Shown in pieces: positions 37,513-47,782 of a stretch of 64,000 nt of DNA. The notes beneath the pieces are model-generated. The model had not been told where the DNA came from. It did no database searches and worked only from the letters and a program-made list of their open reading frames with translations. This DNA comes from Candidatus Spongiisociaceae bacterium. Its GTDB lineage: Bacteria; Actinomycetota; Acidimicrobiia; Spongiisociales; Spongiisociaceae. Every line of letters begins with the position of its first letter. Within the stretch, counting starts at the first letter, position 1. Location of the stretch: the NCBI GenBank assembly GCA_965219685.1, contig CBDCOH010000002.1, positions 608,001 to 672,000 on the forward strand, read 5' to 3'. Made by a program: the position numbers and the translations under genes.

Positions 37513-38535
37513 GTGAGCAGAGATCCGGGGTCTGGGAACTCCGGCGCGGCCGGAGACTCGTTCGAGCGGTACCAGGGGACCTTCGAGCGCCTCCGCCTCA
37601 CCAAGCGCTGGTGGGCTCACACTTCGACCTTTCGCCTCGTGGCGCTGGCGCTCGGCGCCGCCGGTCCCTCCGTCACCTACGACCGGCTCGAGGCCGCGGC
37701 GACCGCGCTGCGCAAGGATGCCCGGTTGACCAGCCCGCTACGATCGGAGATACGCTACCTCGTGGCGGCCATGATCATCCGCAGGGCCCTCGAGCCGGCC
37801 GTGATCCACACCCGCTTGATGGATGTGCGAGAGATGTTCAGGCTGTACGGGATCCCCGCAAGGGGTACCGGGCCCATCCTGGCCGCGTTGCTGCTGGCGC
37901 TACTGAGGGAGGGTCATCCGGTTCCGGCTATGCAGGTCCGGAGGCTGTCGCTCATCTACGAGCGGTGGTCCAAAGATCACATCTGGCTGACCAGCGCCAA
38001 GGATCTTCCGGCTGCCGCTCTGCACGCCGCTATGGACAGGGATATCAACTCTCTGGCCTCCGACGTGGAAAGGGCCTACAACCGGCTCCTGGAACTGGGT
38101 TTCCGTCCCGGCAACCCCCTTCAACTCGTGTCCCACCTGCTGGTGGTGGACACACGCGGGACCGATGCGGCCGTTCAACGGTTCAAACGCATCGCAGAGC
38201 ACCTCGAGGCCGGGGGGGAACATGTCCGAGCCACCAGGTATGACGAGATGGCCACCCTGGCACTGGCCCGGGGGAGACCGGCGAGGGTGGTAGAGCGAAC
38301 CTTGCGGTACCGGGACCGTCTGCGCGCCGGACGGCCGCGGCCGGCCAGGGAGTTGGCGTTCTCCCTGGGCGCCGGGCTCGTGCTTGCCGAGGATGCGGAG
38401 AACGCCACCGAGCGCAGCGCAGGCGACCTGGCGGCGTTGCAATCCATCCAGGCGATTCTCGATGCGCAACAGGCAGCGATGTTCGCCGCCATCTCGGCCG
38501 GCGCCTTCGCAGGCGCGACCACCGGATCAAACTAA
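37513..38535 (+). CDS. Probable DUF4003 family protein
   Basis: KDH.WLT..D, Y..L...GF..GN.LQ..SH.L, C-terminal QAILDAQQAAMFAA; recognised by eye. Confidence 0.65.
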   Translation: MSRDPGSGNSGAAGDSFERYQGTFERLRLTKRWWAHTSTFRLVALALGAAGPSVTYDRLEAAATALRKDARLTSPLRSEIRYLVAAMIIRRALEPAVIHTRLMDVREMFRLYGIPARGTGPILAALLLALLREGHPVPAMQVRRLSLIYERWSKDHIWLTSAKDLPAAALHAAMDRDINSLASDVERAYNRLLELGFRPGNPLQLVSHLLVVDTRGTDAAVQRFKRIAEHLEAGGEHVRATRYDEMATLALARGRPARVVERTLRYRDRLRAGRPRPARELAFSLGAGLVLAEDAENATERSAGDLAALQSIQAILDAQQAAMFAAISAGAFAGATTGSN

Positions 38536-38597
38536 TCCGTTGTCCGTCGTCCGTTGCCTGTTGCCCGTCCACAACCTCACGGTCAACGGGCAACCGA
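38536..38597. repeat. Degenerate (T/C)CCGTTG heptamers with inverted counterpart (hairpin)
   Basis: TCCGTTG TCCGTCG TCCGTTG CCTGTTG CCCGT ... ACGGTCAACGGGCAACCGA; GTTGCCCGT/ACGGGCAAC is a perfect 9-bp inverted pair. Confidence 0.6.
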
Positions 38598-38616
38598 ACT
38601 AGGGTCGCTTTCGTAA

Positions 38617-39855
38617 ATGGTCACCAGTCCGCACGTTATAGCCATGGTCCTAGCCGGTGGCGAGGGAAGCCGCCTCTATCCCCTTACCCGCGACCGCGCA
38701 AAGCCGGCCGTTCCGTTCGCGGCCGGATACCGGATCATCGACATCGTGCTTTCAAACCTGGTCAACGCATACGTACGCCGGATCGTGGTGCTTACGCAGT
38801 ACAAGAGCCACAGTCTCGATCGCCATCTCGCCCAGACCTGGCGGCTCTCGCCCCTGCTCGGTTCCTACGTGGCGCCGGTTCCTGCGCAGATGAGGCGGGG
38901 TAGGCGGTGGTTCCTGGGGTCGGCCGACGCCGTCTTCCAGAACCTGAACGTCATCGGCGATGAGCGCCCCGATCACGTCTTCGTCTTCGGCGCCGATCAC
39001 ATCTACCGGATGGATCCTCGCCAGATGCTCGACTACCACCTCCAGAAGGAAGCGGACGTGACCGTGGCGGCCATACCGGTGCCTCGTACGGAGGCTTCTG
39101 CGTTCGGGATCATCGAGGCGGACTCCGACGGCAGAGTGGTGCGATTCCACGAGAAGCCTTCCGACCCGCCGGCCATGCCCGGCGACCCGGATCGGGCCCT
39201 GGCGTCGATGGGAAACTACGTCTTCACCGCCGAGGCCCTGGTGCGGGAGGTAACCGCCGACGCCGATCGGCCGTCCTCCCGGCACGATATGGGAGGGGAC
39301 ATCATCCCGGCTATAACGGAGCGGGGCGGTGCATACGTGTACGACTTCGCCCGCAACGAGGTGCCCGGCCAGACCGAGCGGGAGAGGGGCTACTGGCGTG
39401 ACATCGGAACCATCGACGCCTACTACGAGGCATCGATGGATCTCGTGAGCCTCGATCCGGTCTTCAACTTCTACAACATGGAGTGGCCCATCCTGACCTG
39501 GTACTTCCCGGATCCGCCCGCCAAGTTCGTGCACGACGTCGAGAGCCGCCGGGGTGTGGCGATCGACTCGGTGGTGGCCGGCGGCACGGTCGTCTCGGGT
39601 GGAGTGGTCAGGCGTTCGATCCTGTCCCCCCGCGTGCGCGTCAACTCGTACGCCGAAGTCACCGATTCGGTCCTCTTCGACGAGGTGTCAGTGGGTCGCG
39701 GTGCAGTGGTGCGCAACGCCATTATCGACAAGCTGGTCCAGATTCCGGAGGGTTACGAGATCGGCGTGGACCCTGCGGCCGACGCCGAGCGCTTCACCGT
39801 ATCCGAGGGCGGAGTAGTAGTGATCGGTAAGAAGGACCGGCTTGGTGAATGGTGA
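38617..39855 (+). CDS. glgC: Glucose-1-phosphate adenylyltransferase
   Basis: [48 protein letters not shown]. Confidence 0.98.
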   Translation: MVTSPHVIAMVLAGGEGSRLYPLTRDRAKPAVPFAAGYRIIDIVLSNLVNAYVRRIVVLTQYKSHSLDRHLAQTWRLSPLLGSYVAPVPAQMRRGRRWFLGSADAVFQNLNVIGDERPDHVFVFGADHIYRMDPRQMLDYHLQKEADVTVAAIPVPRTEASAFGIIEADSDGRVVRFHEKPSDPPAMPGDPDRALASMGNYVFTAEALVREVTADADRPSSRHDMGGDIIPAITERGGAYVYDFARNEVPGQTERERGYWRDIGTIDAYYEASMDLVSLDPVFNFYNMEWPILTWYFPDPPAKFVHDVESRRGVAIDSVVAGGTVVSGGVVRRSILSPRVRVNSYAEVTDSVLFDEVSVGRGAVVRNAIIDKLVQIPEGYEIGVDPAADAERFTVSEGGVVVIGKKDRLGEW

Positions 39856-40226
39856 ATGGTGAATGGTGAATGGTGAGTGGTGAGTGGTGAGTGGTGAGTG
39901 GTGAGTGGTGAGTGGTGAGTGGTGAGTGGTGAGTGGTGAGTGGTGAGTGGTGAGTGGTGAGTGGTGAGTGGTGAGTGGTGAGTGGTGAGTGGTGAGTGGT
40001 GAGTGGTGAGTGGTGAGTGGTGAGTGGTGAGTGGTGAGTGGTGAGTGGTGAGTGGTGAGTGGTGAGTGGTGAGTGGTGAGTGGTGAGTGGTGAGTGGTGA
40101 GTGGTGAATGGTGAATGGTGAATGGTGAATGGTGAATGGTGAATGGTGAATGGTGAATGGTGAATGGTGAATGGTGAATGGTGAATGGTGAATGGTGAAT
40201 GGTGAATGGTGAATGGTGAATGGTGA
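39844..40226 (+). repeat. Long heptamer array: GGTGAAT x4, GGTGAGT x33, GGTGAAT x17 (383 bp)
   Basis: Counted directly; the first units encode glgC G-E-W-stop. Confidence 0.98.
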
Positions 40227-40240
40227 CCAACAATACATAC

Positions 40241-40266
40241 TACCACTACCACTACCACTACCACTA
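40241..40266 (-). repeat. Hexamer repeat (TAGTGG)x4 on minus strand starting at the hisIE stop codon
   Basis: TACCAC x4 on +. Confidence 0.85.
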
Positions 40267-40890
40267 GCGGCGTCGAGAGGCCAGTTCCTCGACTACTTTC
40301 TGGGCCTCGACTCCGCGCTCGGCGAGCAGGACTAGCAGGTGGTACACGACGTCGGCGGCTTCCTCGGTGACCCTACGGTCGGCGGCCCTGCCCGCATGAT
40401 GGTCGAGAGCGGCGGATGCGAGTTCGGCGGCTTCCTCGATCGTCTTGCGCCCTGTGGAGGATGCCCCTCCGGAGGCCAGGCGTGCGGTGTAGGAGCCTGC
40501 TTGACCGGTCTCGAGCCGTCCGGTGATGGTTCTCCACAGAGGTTCGAGGTCGGCGAAGCCCTGCGGGGCGTCGCTGTCCCGTGGGTCGGTGAAGCACGTC
40601 CGGGCGGCGGTGTGGCAGGTGGGGCCGGCCGGCATGGCCCGCACCAGCAGCGTGTCCGCGTCACAGTCCGCCGCAACGTCCACGACGTTCAGCGTGTTGC
40701 CGCTCGTCTCGCCCTTCTTCCAGAGCGTCCGGCGGGATCGGGACCAGAAGTGAACCACCCCGGATCGGAGGGTCAGATCGAGGGCCCGGCGGTCCATCCA
40801 GGCCATCATCAGCACTTCGCCGGTCCGGTCGTGCTGAACGATTGCCGGAACTAGGCCGTCCCTGTTCCAAGAGACCTCTATCTCACGCAT
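40264..40890 (-). CDS. hisIE: Bifunctional phosphoribosyl-AMP cyclohydrolase / phosphoribosyl-ATP pyrophosphatase
   Basis: WSRSR..LW.KGETSGN, DCDAD, GPTCHT, SYTA.L, EEAAD..YHL. Confidence 0.95.
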   Translation of the reverse strand: MREIEVSWNRDGLVPAIVQHDRTGEVLMMAWMDRRALDLTLRSGVVHFWSRSRRTLWKKGETSGNTLNVVDVAADCDADTLLVRAMPAGPTCHTAARTCFTDPRDSDAPQGFADLEPLWRTITGRLETGQAGSYTARLASGGASSTGRKTIEEAAELASAALDHHAGRAADRRVTEEAADVVYHLLVLLAERGVEAQKVVEELASRRR

Positions 40891-41644
40891 GGCGGACCGG
40901 TATCCCTGCCTCTTCCATCACGCTCTTCACGTCGCGGATGTCCACTTCGCGGCGGTGGAATATGGACGCGGCCAGAACCGCGGAGGCCCCCGCTCCTACA
41001 GCCTCGACGAAGTGCTCGGGCACGCCGGCGCCTCCCGAGGCGATCACCGGGACATCGACCGCTTCGGTTATTACACCGAGCAGTTCCAGGTCGAACCCGA
41101 GGTTGGTGCCGTCGCGGTCCATCGACGTGAGCAGGATCTCGCCGGCGCCGCGGTCCACCCCCTCGATCGCCCATTCCACCGCGTCCCTCCCGGTGTCGTG
41201 CCGCCCTCCGGTGATGAACACGTTCCACGATCCCCCGGGCATGGCCTTGGCGTCGATGGCGAGGACCACGCACTGGCGGCCGAACGCAGCTGCGCAGCTG
41301 TCGAGAAGGCCGGGACGGCGAACCGCCGCCGTGTTGAGGGACACCTTGTCAGCCCCGGCCCTCAGCACGGCGCGCATATCGGACGGCTCCCGCACCCCGC
41401 CTCCAACGGTGAGCGGCACGAACACGTTCTGGGCGGTGCGGCGGACCACGTCGAGCAGCGCGGACCGTCCTTCGGGGGATGCGGCGATGTCGAGGTAGAC
41501 GATCTCGTCCATCCCCTCCTCGGCATACCGGGTGGCCAGTTCGACCGGATCCCCTTCGTCGGTCAGGTTGACGAAGTTTACCCCTTTCACGACCCTGCCG
41601 TGTTTCACGTCCAGGCAGGCGATTATCCGGGTGCGTAGGCTCAT
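40883..41644 (-). CDS. hisF: Imidazole glycerol phosphate synthase cyclase subunit
   Basis: [45 protein letters not shown]. Confidence 0.98.
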   Translation of the reverse strand: MSLRTRIIACLDVKHGRVVKGVNFVNLTDEGDPVELATRYAEEGMDEIVYLDIAASPEGRSALLDVVRRTAQNVFVPLTVGGGVREPSDMRAVLRAGADKVSLNTAAVRRPGLLDSCAAAFGRQCVVLAIDAKAMPGGSWNVFITGGRHDTGRDAVEWAIEGVDRGAGEILLTSMDRDGTNLGFDLELLGVITEAVDVPVIASGGAGVPEHFVEAVGAGASAVLAASIFHRREVDIRDVKSVMEEAGIPVRHA

Positions 41645-42300
41645 GCGGGGACCCCGGTCCGGTCCTGCGAACCGGCTACCTCGCGCACCTCGGCCACGAA
41701 GTTGGTAAGGACCTGCAGACCGGCCTTTCCGCTGCGTTCCGGATGGAACTGGGTTCCAACCCGGAGCCCGTTCCGTACCGCGGCCGCGAACGGCCGCGGG
41801 TACCTGGCGTAGGCGATGACGATGGACGGGTCCTCCGGCGCCGGAGCGAAGCTGTGGACGAAGTAGAAGGTCGCTCCGGGCTCGATCCGGTCGAAGAGCC
41901 GGTCCCGGGATCCGCCTGCACCGGGCATCTCGATGTCGTTCCAGCCGATGTGGGGGAGCAGTGGGGCGCCGACCAGCTGTCTCACGACTCCCCGGTCGAA
42001 GCCGAGGCAGGGTTCGCCGTCCTCGTCGCTGCTGTCGAAGAACAGTTGGAGCCCGACGCAGATTCCGAGCAGCGGTTCTTCCCAAGCTCTGAGGGGTTCG
42101 AGCAGTCCGGCTTCTCCCAGGCGCGACATGGCGGCGCCGGGGACCCCCACCCCGGGCAGGACCACCGCATGGACCCCTGTCAGCCCTTCCGGCCCGGTCG
42201 CCAGGCGCACGCGGGCACCAGCCCGCTCCAGTCCACGGGCGATGGATACCAGGTTGCCGGCGCCGTGATCTATCACCGCCACCAGCGGCGCTGCGGTCAC
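41641..42300 (-). CDS. hisH: Imidazole glycerol phosphate synthase amidotransferase subunit
   Basis: GAGNL, LPGVG, LGICVG.Q, PHIGWN, YFVHS, QFHPERS. Confidence 0.97.
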   Translation of the reverse strand: MTAAPLVAVIDHGAGNLVSIARGLERAGARVRLATGPEGLTGVHAVVLPGVGVPGAAMSRLGEAGLLEPLRAWEEPLLGICVGLQLFFDSSDEDGEPCLGFDRGVVRQLVGAPLLPHIGWNDIEMPGAGGSRDRLFDRIEPGATFYFVHSFAPAPEDPSIVIAYARYPRPFAAAVRNGLRVGTQFHPERSGKAGLQVLTNFVAEVREVAGSQDRTGVPA

Positions 42301-42899
42301 GCGCCCACCTCTGCGGTGGGAATTCCCTTGGTCGAGGCGATCCCGGCCCGCCTCGCGTCCGGAGCCACGGCAGCTCTCAGTGCCCTCGCCAGAGCCTTGA
42401 ATGCAGCCTCTGCCACGTGGTGGTCGTTGCTGCCCGTTGCTTCGACATGGACGGTGGCGCCCGCTGTCCGGGCGAAGGCCTCCACGGCATGCGGGATGTT
42501 CTGCGTGGTGAGGCTTCCGATGTAGGGGGTGGTCAGGTCGATGTCCGTCGAGCAGTAGGGTCGCCCGCCCACGTCGACCGTCGCCTGCGCCACGGCTTCG
42601 TCCATCGGGATACGGGCGTCGCCGAAGCGTTGTATGCCGGTCCGGTCTCCGAGGGCTCCGGCCAGCGCCTCACCCAGGCATAGTGCCGTGTCCTCGACGG
42701 TGTGGTGGTCGTCGACCTCCCTATCGCCTTCCGTGACGATGGTGAGGTCGAAGAGAGCGTGGTGGGCGAGCGAGGACAGCAGGTGATCGAAGAACCCGAT
42801 CCCCGTGGTCACCTCGGCCCGGCCGGTCCCGTCGAGATCGATCTCGACCGACACGCGTGTTTCCTTGGTGTTGCGCCGGCATCCGGCCTGGCGGGGCAT
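42297..42899 (-). CDS. hisB: Imidazoleglycerol-phosphate dehydratase
   Basis: [40 protein letters not shown]. Confidence 0.97.
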   Translation of the reverse strand: MPRQAGCRRNTKETRVSVEIDLDGTGRAEVTTGIGFFDHLLSSLAHHALFDLTIVTEGDREVDDHHTVEDTALCLGEALAGALGDRTGIQRFGDARIPMDEAVAQATVDVGGRPYCSTDIDLTTPYIGSLTTQNIPHAVEAFARTAGATVHVEATGSNDHHVAEAAFKALARALRAAVAPDARRAGIASTKGIPTAEVGA

Positions 42900-44270
42900 T
42901 CAAGCCTCCTCGCTGTAGCGGTCTTCGTGTGGCAGGGTCGCAGCGGGAGTGGTCTCGAAGCGGACCGAAGCCGCCATGCGGTGGGCATCGAGTCCCTCTG
43001 CGGCAGCCAGTTTCTCGATAACCGGTCGGATCGATTCCAGCCCGGCGCGGGTCAATGTCTGGACCTGCCTCCAGGATCCGAAGTCCCGTACCCCGAGCGG
43101 GCCATGCGACCGTGCCAGTCCTCCGGTGGGCAGGACGTGGTTGGCGCCGGTTGCGTAGTCGCCGGCGGATTCCGGTGACCAGCGGCCCACGTAGACGGAG
43201 CCGGCGTTGACCAGCCGGCCAGCGTCCGAGTCGGCGTTGGCGGTGAGAACCGATGCATGCTCGGGAGCGTACGCATTGGCGAAACTCAGAGCCTCGTCGA
43301 GCGAAGATGCCAGCAGCGCTTCGCCATGGGTTGCCAGGGCGGATCGGAGGATGTCCCTGCGAGGGAGGAGCGGAAGGAACCCGGCGATCTCGTCCTCGAC
43401 CCTGGTAGCCAGGTCCGGGTCGGTGGTAATCAACAAGGCCGGAGAGTCCGGGCCATGTTCCGCCTGGCAGAGAAGGTCGATCGCCACCAACCGGGGATCC
43501 GCCGTGTGGTCGGCCACCACGAGCACCTCGCTGGGTCCGGCCGGGAGGTCGATGGCGCACGTCCCGTACACCTCCAGCTTGGCGGCCGTCACCCAGGCGT
43601 TGCCCGGACCGACGATCTTGTCCACCCTCCGTATGGTCTCGGTACCGAATGCGAGGGTAGCCACAGCCTGCGCGCCTCCCATCGCGTAGACCTCATCCAC
43701 ACCCAGAAGGGCGGACGCCGCCAGAAGGGTCCGATCCAGACCCCCGGTCTCGTCGCAGGGTGACGCGACCACGATCTCGCCGACGCCGGCGACCTGGGCC
43801 GGCACCGCCGTCATCACCAGGGTGGACGGGTAGGAGGCCTTCCCGCCGGGTATGTAGGCGCCCACCCGGCGGAGGGCTGTCCACCGCCGGTCGATCCGGA
43901 CTCCGGGTCGGGTCTCGTGCGAGGAGCTTTCGGGGATCTGCGCCTCGTGGTGCCTTCGCACCGAGTCGATTGCCTCCTCGAGGGCCCGGCGCACCGATGG
44001 GTCGGTGTTCTCGAGAGCGGCGGCGATCTCCCTGGCTCCGACCTTCGGATCCGGCCGTCCGCCGCCGTAGGAGATGCCGGCCTGTGCCAGCGCCCGGTCG
44101 CCGCCTGCCTCGATCGACCGGCAGATTCCGGCCGCCGCCCGGCGTACCTCTCGATCGGGCACCGCTGATCGGCTGACCAGCTTGCGGCGGGCGGCGGGGT
44201 CCAGGTCGGCCAGCCTGCGTACCCTCATCAGGCTTGCCGGAGCCTCGGCAGCTCGGGTAGGCGGGCTCAC
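42900..44270 (-). CDS. hisD: Histidinol dehydrogenase
   Basis: YIPGG.ASYPS, GGAQAV, GPGNAWV, AGPSE, QAEHG, APEH, GDY..GANHVLPT; start GTG 44270 or ATG 44228. Confidence 0.97.
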   Translation of the reverse strand: MSPPTRAAEAPASLMRVRRLADLDPAARRKLVSRSAVPDREVRRAAAGICRSIEAGGDRALAQAGISYGGGRPDPKVGAREIAAALENTDPSVRRALEEAIDSVRRHHEAQIPESSSHETRPGVRIDRRWTALRRVGAYIPGGKASYPSTLVMTAVPAQVAGVGEIVVASPCDETGGLDRTLLAASALLGVDEVYAMGGAQAVATLAFGTETIRRVDKIVGPGNAWVTAAKLEVYGTCAIDLPAGPSEVLVVADHTADPRLVAIDLLCQAEHGPDSPALLITTDPDLATRVEDEIAGFLPLLPRRDILRSALATHGEALLASSLDEALSFANAYAPEHASVLTANADSDAGRLVNAGSVYVGRWSPESAGDYATGANHVLPTGGLARSHGPLGVRDFGSWRQVQTLTRAGLESIRPVIEKLAAAEGLDAHRMAASVRFETTPAATLPHEDRYSEEA

Positions 44271-45136
44271 GGCACCAGTTGCCCGATCGGCAGAACGAGG
44301 ATGTCGCGCCCGCCACTCGCCTTCAGCCGGGGCAGGAGATTCCACACTTCGTCCCTCTCAACCACCGAGTGGATCGCCACCATCCCGTCCTCCGCGAGTG
44401 GGATCACGGTGGGAGCCTCGAGCCCGGGGATCAGGGCGCTTATTACGGGCAGGGCCTCCCGAGGAGCGTTGAGGAGCAGGTAGCGCCTGCGCCGGCCCGC
44501 GAGAACCGACTCGAGGGCGGTCACGACCGTGTCCAACTCCGTATTCGTTCCCGCACCGGAGGACTCCCCCACCAGTACTGCTTGGCTGCTCAAGATGGGG
44601 AGCACGGGGCGCAGGCCGTTGATCATCAGCGTGCTCCCGGTCGAGACCAGGTCGGCGACCGCGTCGGCTACGCCCAGTTTGGGGGCCACCTCCACCGATC
44701 CCCGGAGGCGAACCACTTCGACGGCCACGCCATGCCCGGTGAAGTAGCCGCCGGTCAGGTTGGGGTGCGAGGTGGCCACCCGCAGACCGGCAAAGTCCGC
44801 AGGCCGCCGGTAGCCCGCCTCTCTCGGTGCGGCTACGGTCAGTTCGCACCGGCCGAAGCCGAGCGGGAGAACCACTCCTACGGTCTCGGGCGGTCTGCAG
44901 GCCTCCTCCAACAGGTCGAGGCCCGTGATCCCGAGGTCCGCCACCCCGTCCGCCACCAACTCGACGACATCCTCGGTGCGCACGAAGAGCAGGTCGATGT
45001 CGGCGTTTCGCACCTTCACCGAGAGGGCTCTCTCGGTTTGCTCGAAGGCGAGCCCCGCTTCGCGCAGCAGTCTGAGGGTCGGTTCCCTCATGCGACCCTT
45101 GTTGGGAACAGCCAGGCGTAAGGTTCCGCTAGCCAT
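44267..45136 (-). CDS. hisG: ATP phosphoribosyltransferase (long form)
   Basis: LAVPNKGR, DLGITG.D, GSVEVAP.LG.ADA..DLVSTG.TL, C-terminal PGLEAPTV domain. Confidence 0.97.
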   Translation of the reverse strand: MASGTLRLAVPNKGRMREPTLRLLREAGLAFEQTERALSVKVRNADIDLLFVRTEDVVELVADGVADLGITGLDLLEEACRPPETVGVVLPLGFGRCELTVAAPREAGYRRPADFAGLRVATSHPNLTGGYFTGHGVAVEVVRLRGSVEVAPKLGVADAVADLVSTGSTLMINGLRPVLPILSSQAVLVGESSGAGTNTELDTVVTALESVLAGRRRRYLLLNAPREALPVISALIPGLEAPTVIPLAEDGMVAIHSVVERDEVWNLLPRLKASGGRDILVLPIGQLVP

Positions 45137-45437
45137 TGTCAATCCCTCTCGCTCGTTCCAGCGCGAGGCGGTAGCCGCCCATGCCGTGACGCCGCCACTC
45201 GTTGACTCGACCTATCGTGGTTGTCGACACTCCGGTCCGCTCCGAGATCTCCCGGTAGGGCAGGCCGGCTTCCAGCAAGGTGGCAACCGTCCACCTACTC
45301 GACAACTCGTCGATCTCGTTGCGGGTGCAGAGGTCGCGTAGGAACAGGGCCATCTCATCCTCGGTCCTTAGCGTCAGAAGGGCGCGACACAGGGATCCGA
45401 GTTCATCGGTCTTCCATGCGTCCCGGCGGTTGATCAC
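45129..45437 (-). CDS. YerC/YecD family TrpR-like regulator (probable his regulator)
   Basis: FLRDLCT..E..L..RW.VA.LL, YREI...TGVSTTTIGRV, G.GGY; first gene of his operon. Confidence 0.9.
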   Translation of the reverse strand: MINRRDAWKTDELGSLCRALLTLRTEDEMALFLRDLCTRNEIDELSSRWTVATLLEAGLPYREISERTGVSTTTIGRVNEWRRHGMGGYRLALERARGIDNG

Positions 45438-45492
45438 CTGGCATCCTTCCCTTCTCGGCCGGGCCGGCAGGCGAATATCAGCCCGTGGTCGG

Positions 45493-45528
45493 CCCACTAG
45501 TGTATTAGCACACTATCACATTAGTGGG
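45493..45528. promoter_or_regulatory. 36-bp imperfect palindrome, probable operator of the TrpR-like regulator
   Basis: CCCACTAGTGTATTAG-CACA-CTATCACATTAGTGGG; AT-rich dyad upstream of the regulator-his operon. Confidence 0.65.
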
Positions 45529-45531
45529 TTA

Positions 45532-46950
45532 CTAGGGAATCGAGGGGGATAGGTTGCCCCAGCCGGTGGCCCGCTCCCAGGCGTACGCCAGTTCGAGGAC
45601 CGAACGGTCGGCTTGGTGGCGGCCGACGAACTGGACGCCGACCGGGAGTCCTCCCGTGGTGAAACCGGCGGGGACGGAGATCGCGGGATGGGTCGTGACG
45701 GTTATGTCGCTGCACGCCCGCATCCAGTCGATGTAGGTCTCGAGGTGCTTGCCATCGATCTCTCGCGGGTACTCGATCTCTATCGGGAATGGCGGGACCT
45801 GCGTCACGGGGCACGCCAGGAAGTCGAATCCACCGCCCTCAGGAGACATGAACTCATCGATGAGGGCGAAGATCCGGGTGTGGCGGCGGCATGCGTCCGC
45901 ATAGCCGTCGATGGTCATCGATAGTCCCCTCTCGATGTTCCATACCACCGTCTCCTTCATCAGGTGGCGATACTCGGCCAGCAGAGGTCCGAACCTGAGC
46001 GCGAACTGCCACGCTCGCCTCGCTTGGAACACATCGGGAGCGTCGGAGAGGTCCGGCCAGGCCGGGACGACATCGCATCCGAGGTCCGAGAGGATGTCGG
46101 GAACGCCGGCCAGGGCCTCTCGGATGGCGGGATCGGTGGGGAGACCCCCCGCGTCAGGCGACCACGCGACCCGGAGGCCCGCCATTTCCCGCTCCAGGGA
46201 ACCGGCGAAGGAATCCGATGACTCCGCTATCGAGAGCGGCGCACGTGGGTCCGGTCCTGCCATCGCCCTCAGATAGAGGGCCACATCGGCCACCGTGCGG
46301 GCCATCGGGCCCTCCACGGAGAGCGGGAACCAGGCATCCTGGGCGGTGGTCGAGGGTATCCGGCCGGGGGAGGGGCGGAATCCCACGATGTTGCAGAAAG
46401 CAGCCGGGTTCCGCAGGGAGCCGCCCAGATCCGACCCGTCGCACAGAGGCAGCATGCGAGCCGCCAGTGCCACCGCGGCGCCGCCGCTACTACCCCCGCA
46501 GGTACGTCCGAGGTCGTACGGGTTGAGCGTCGGTCCGAACACTTCGTTGAACGTGTGCGAGCCGGCTCCGAACTCGGGTGTGTTCGTCTTCCCGACGGTC
46601 ACCGCACCGGCCCTGCGTTGCCGCTCCACCACCAGGGAGTCCACATCGGGGACGAAGTCGGCGAACACGAGAGACCCGAAGGTGGTACGCACCCCTGCAG
46701 TGAGAGCCAGGTCCTTGTGGGCCACCGGCAGTCCGTGCAGGAGGCCGAGCGACTCGCCCCTGGCGTGCGCCCGGTCGGCGGCTGCCGCCTGTTCGAATGC
46801 CCTCTCCGGTGTGAGGGTCACGAGCGCATTGACCACGGGGTTCAGGGCCTCGATGCGGCCCAGGTGCGCTTGGAGGAGTTCTCGGGCGCTTATGTCTCCC
46901 CCGGTAAGCATCACGGCCATCTCCGAGGCCGGCAGCGAGCAGACGTCCAT
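45532..46950 (-). CDS. Amidase signature family protein
   Basis: LHGLPVAHKDL, GKTNTPEFG, GGSSGGAA, DLGGSLRNPA. Confidence 0.93.
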   Translation of the reverse strand: MDVCSLPASEMAVMLTGGDISARELLQAHLGRIEALNPVVNALVTLTPERAFEQAAAADRAHARGESLGLLHGLPVAHKDLALTAGVRTTFGSLVFADFVPDVDSLVVERQRRAGAVTVGKTNTPEFGAGSHTFNEVFGPTLNPYDLGRTCGGSSGGAAVALAARMLPLCDGSDLGGSLRNPAAFCNIVGFRPSPGRIPSTTAQDAWFPLSVEGPMARTVADVALYLRAMAGPDPRAPLSIAESSDSFAGSLEREMAGLRVAWSPDAGGLPTDPAIREALAGVPDILSDLGCDVVPAWPDLSDAPDVFQARRAWQFALRFGPLLAEYRHLMKETVVWNIERGLSMTIDGYADACRRHTRIFALIDEFMSPEGGGFDFLACPVTQVPPFPIEIEYPREIDGKHLETYIDWMRACSDITVTTHPAISVPAGFTTGGLPVGVQFVGRHQADRSVLELAYAWERATGWGNLSPSIP

Positions 46951-47052
46951 ACCTGTATTTGACCACACTGCAGCCGTTGACTTGTAGGAGGTGGTCCAAG
47001 ACGGTGGGTAGCAGCTGCCTGTTGCGTCTGCCCAGGCATGATTACCGGATAG

Positions 47053-47092
47053 ATGGGTAGTACAACCCATAAATATGACCACATGGTACGCT
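47053..47092 (+). promoter_or_regulatory. vapBC operator palindrome and leaderless promoter
   Basis: ATGGGTAGTACAACCCAT (16/18 dyad) at 47053-47070; TGgTACGCT -10 ending 7 nt before ATG. Confidence 0.6.
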
Positions 47093-47099
47093 CACGCAG

Positions 47100-47342
47100 A
47101 TGCGTACGACGATCGAAGTCCATGACGAATTGTTCCGGAAGGTGAAACAACTGGCTGCAGCCGAGGGGGTAACCCTTCGCGAGATCGTGGAGTCGGGGAT
47201 GCGTGCTGAGTTGGCGCGCCGGCGGAGGGGTCGGTACAGGATGCCGGACCGATCCTTCGAAGGCGAGGGTCTTCAGCCCGGAGTCGTTGAGGGTGACTGG
47301 GGAACCATCCGCGATGCAATCTATGCCGGGCGCGGTACGTGA
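47100..47342 (+). CDS. vapB: Type II TA antitoxin VapB (RHH)
   Basis: MRTTIEVHDEL...VK..AA.EG.TL..IVE; overlaps the PIN toxin start. Confidence 0.85.
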   Translation: MRTTIEVHDELFRKVKQLAAAEGVTLREIVESGMRAELARRRRGRYRMPDRSFEGEGLQPGVVEGDWGTIRDAIYAGRGT

Positions 47343-47782
47343 TCGCTGTCGACACCAACATCCTGGTGTACGCACATAGACGCGACTCGGACTTCCACCC
47401 GCTAGCGGCAAGGGCGGTCCGTTCCCTGGCGGAAGGCAGAGCTACCTGGGCTGTTCCCTGGCCTTGCTTGCATGAGTTCCTCGCCATCGTCACCCACCCG
47501 CGCATCTATAGACCCCCCACACCGACTACCGCTGCCGTGGAACAGGTGAATGTCTGGCTCGACTCGCCCTCGCTGGTCGTGCTACATGAGACCGATGACC
47601 ACTGGGGCCTTCTGTCGGAACTCGTAATCTCGGCCAAGATCTCGGGTCCCAGGGTGCACGATGCACGGATAGCAGCGATCTGCATTGCGAACGGCGTGAG
47701 AGTCCTCTGGTCGGCCGATCGCGACTTCGGCAGGTTCCCGATACAGGTAAGAAACCCTACGGTTGGACCGTCTGCCGGGTGA
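47339..47782 (+). CDS. vapC: Type II TA toxin VapC (PIN ribonuclease)
   Basis: AVDTNILVYA, PWPCLHEFL..VTHPRI, VHDARIAA, SADRDF. Confidence 0.93.
   Translation: MIAVDTNILVYAHRRDSDFHPLAARAVRSLAEGRATWAVPWPCLHEFLAIVTHPRIYRPPTPTTAAVEQVNVWLDSPSLVVLHETDDHWGLLSELVISAKISGPRVHDARIAAICIANGVRVLWSADRDFGRFPIQVRNPTVGPSAG

Noticed and set aside
39844-40226. Possible CRISPR array
   Set aside because: Contiguous 7-bp units with no unique spacers and no cas genes.
39688-40264. Three minus-strand ORFs of [14 protein letters not shown] repeats (also 236-865 and 520-921)
   Set aside because: They follow automatically from a stop-free heptamer strand, have no SD and overlap glgC antisense; not called as genes.
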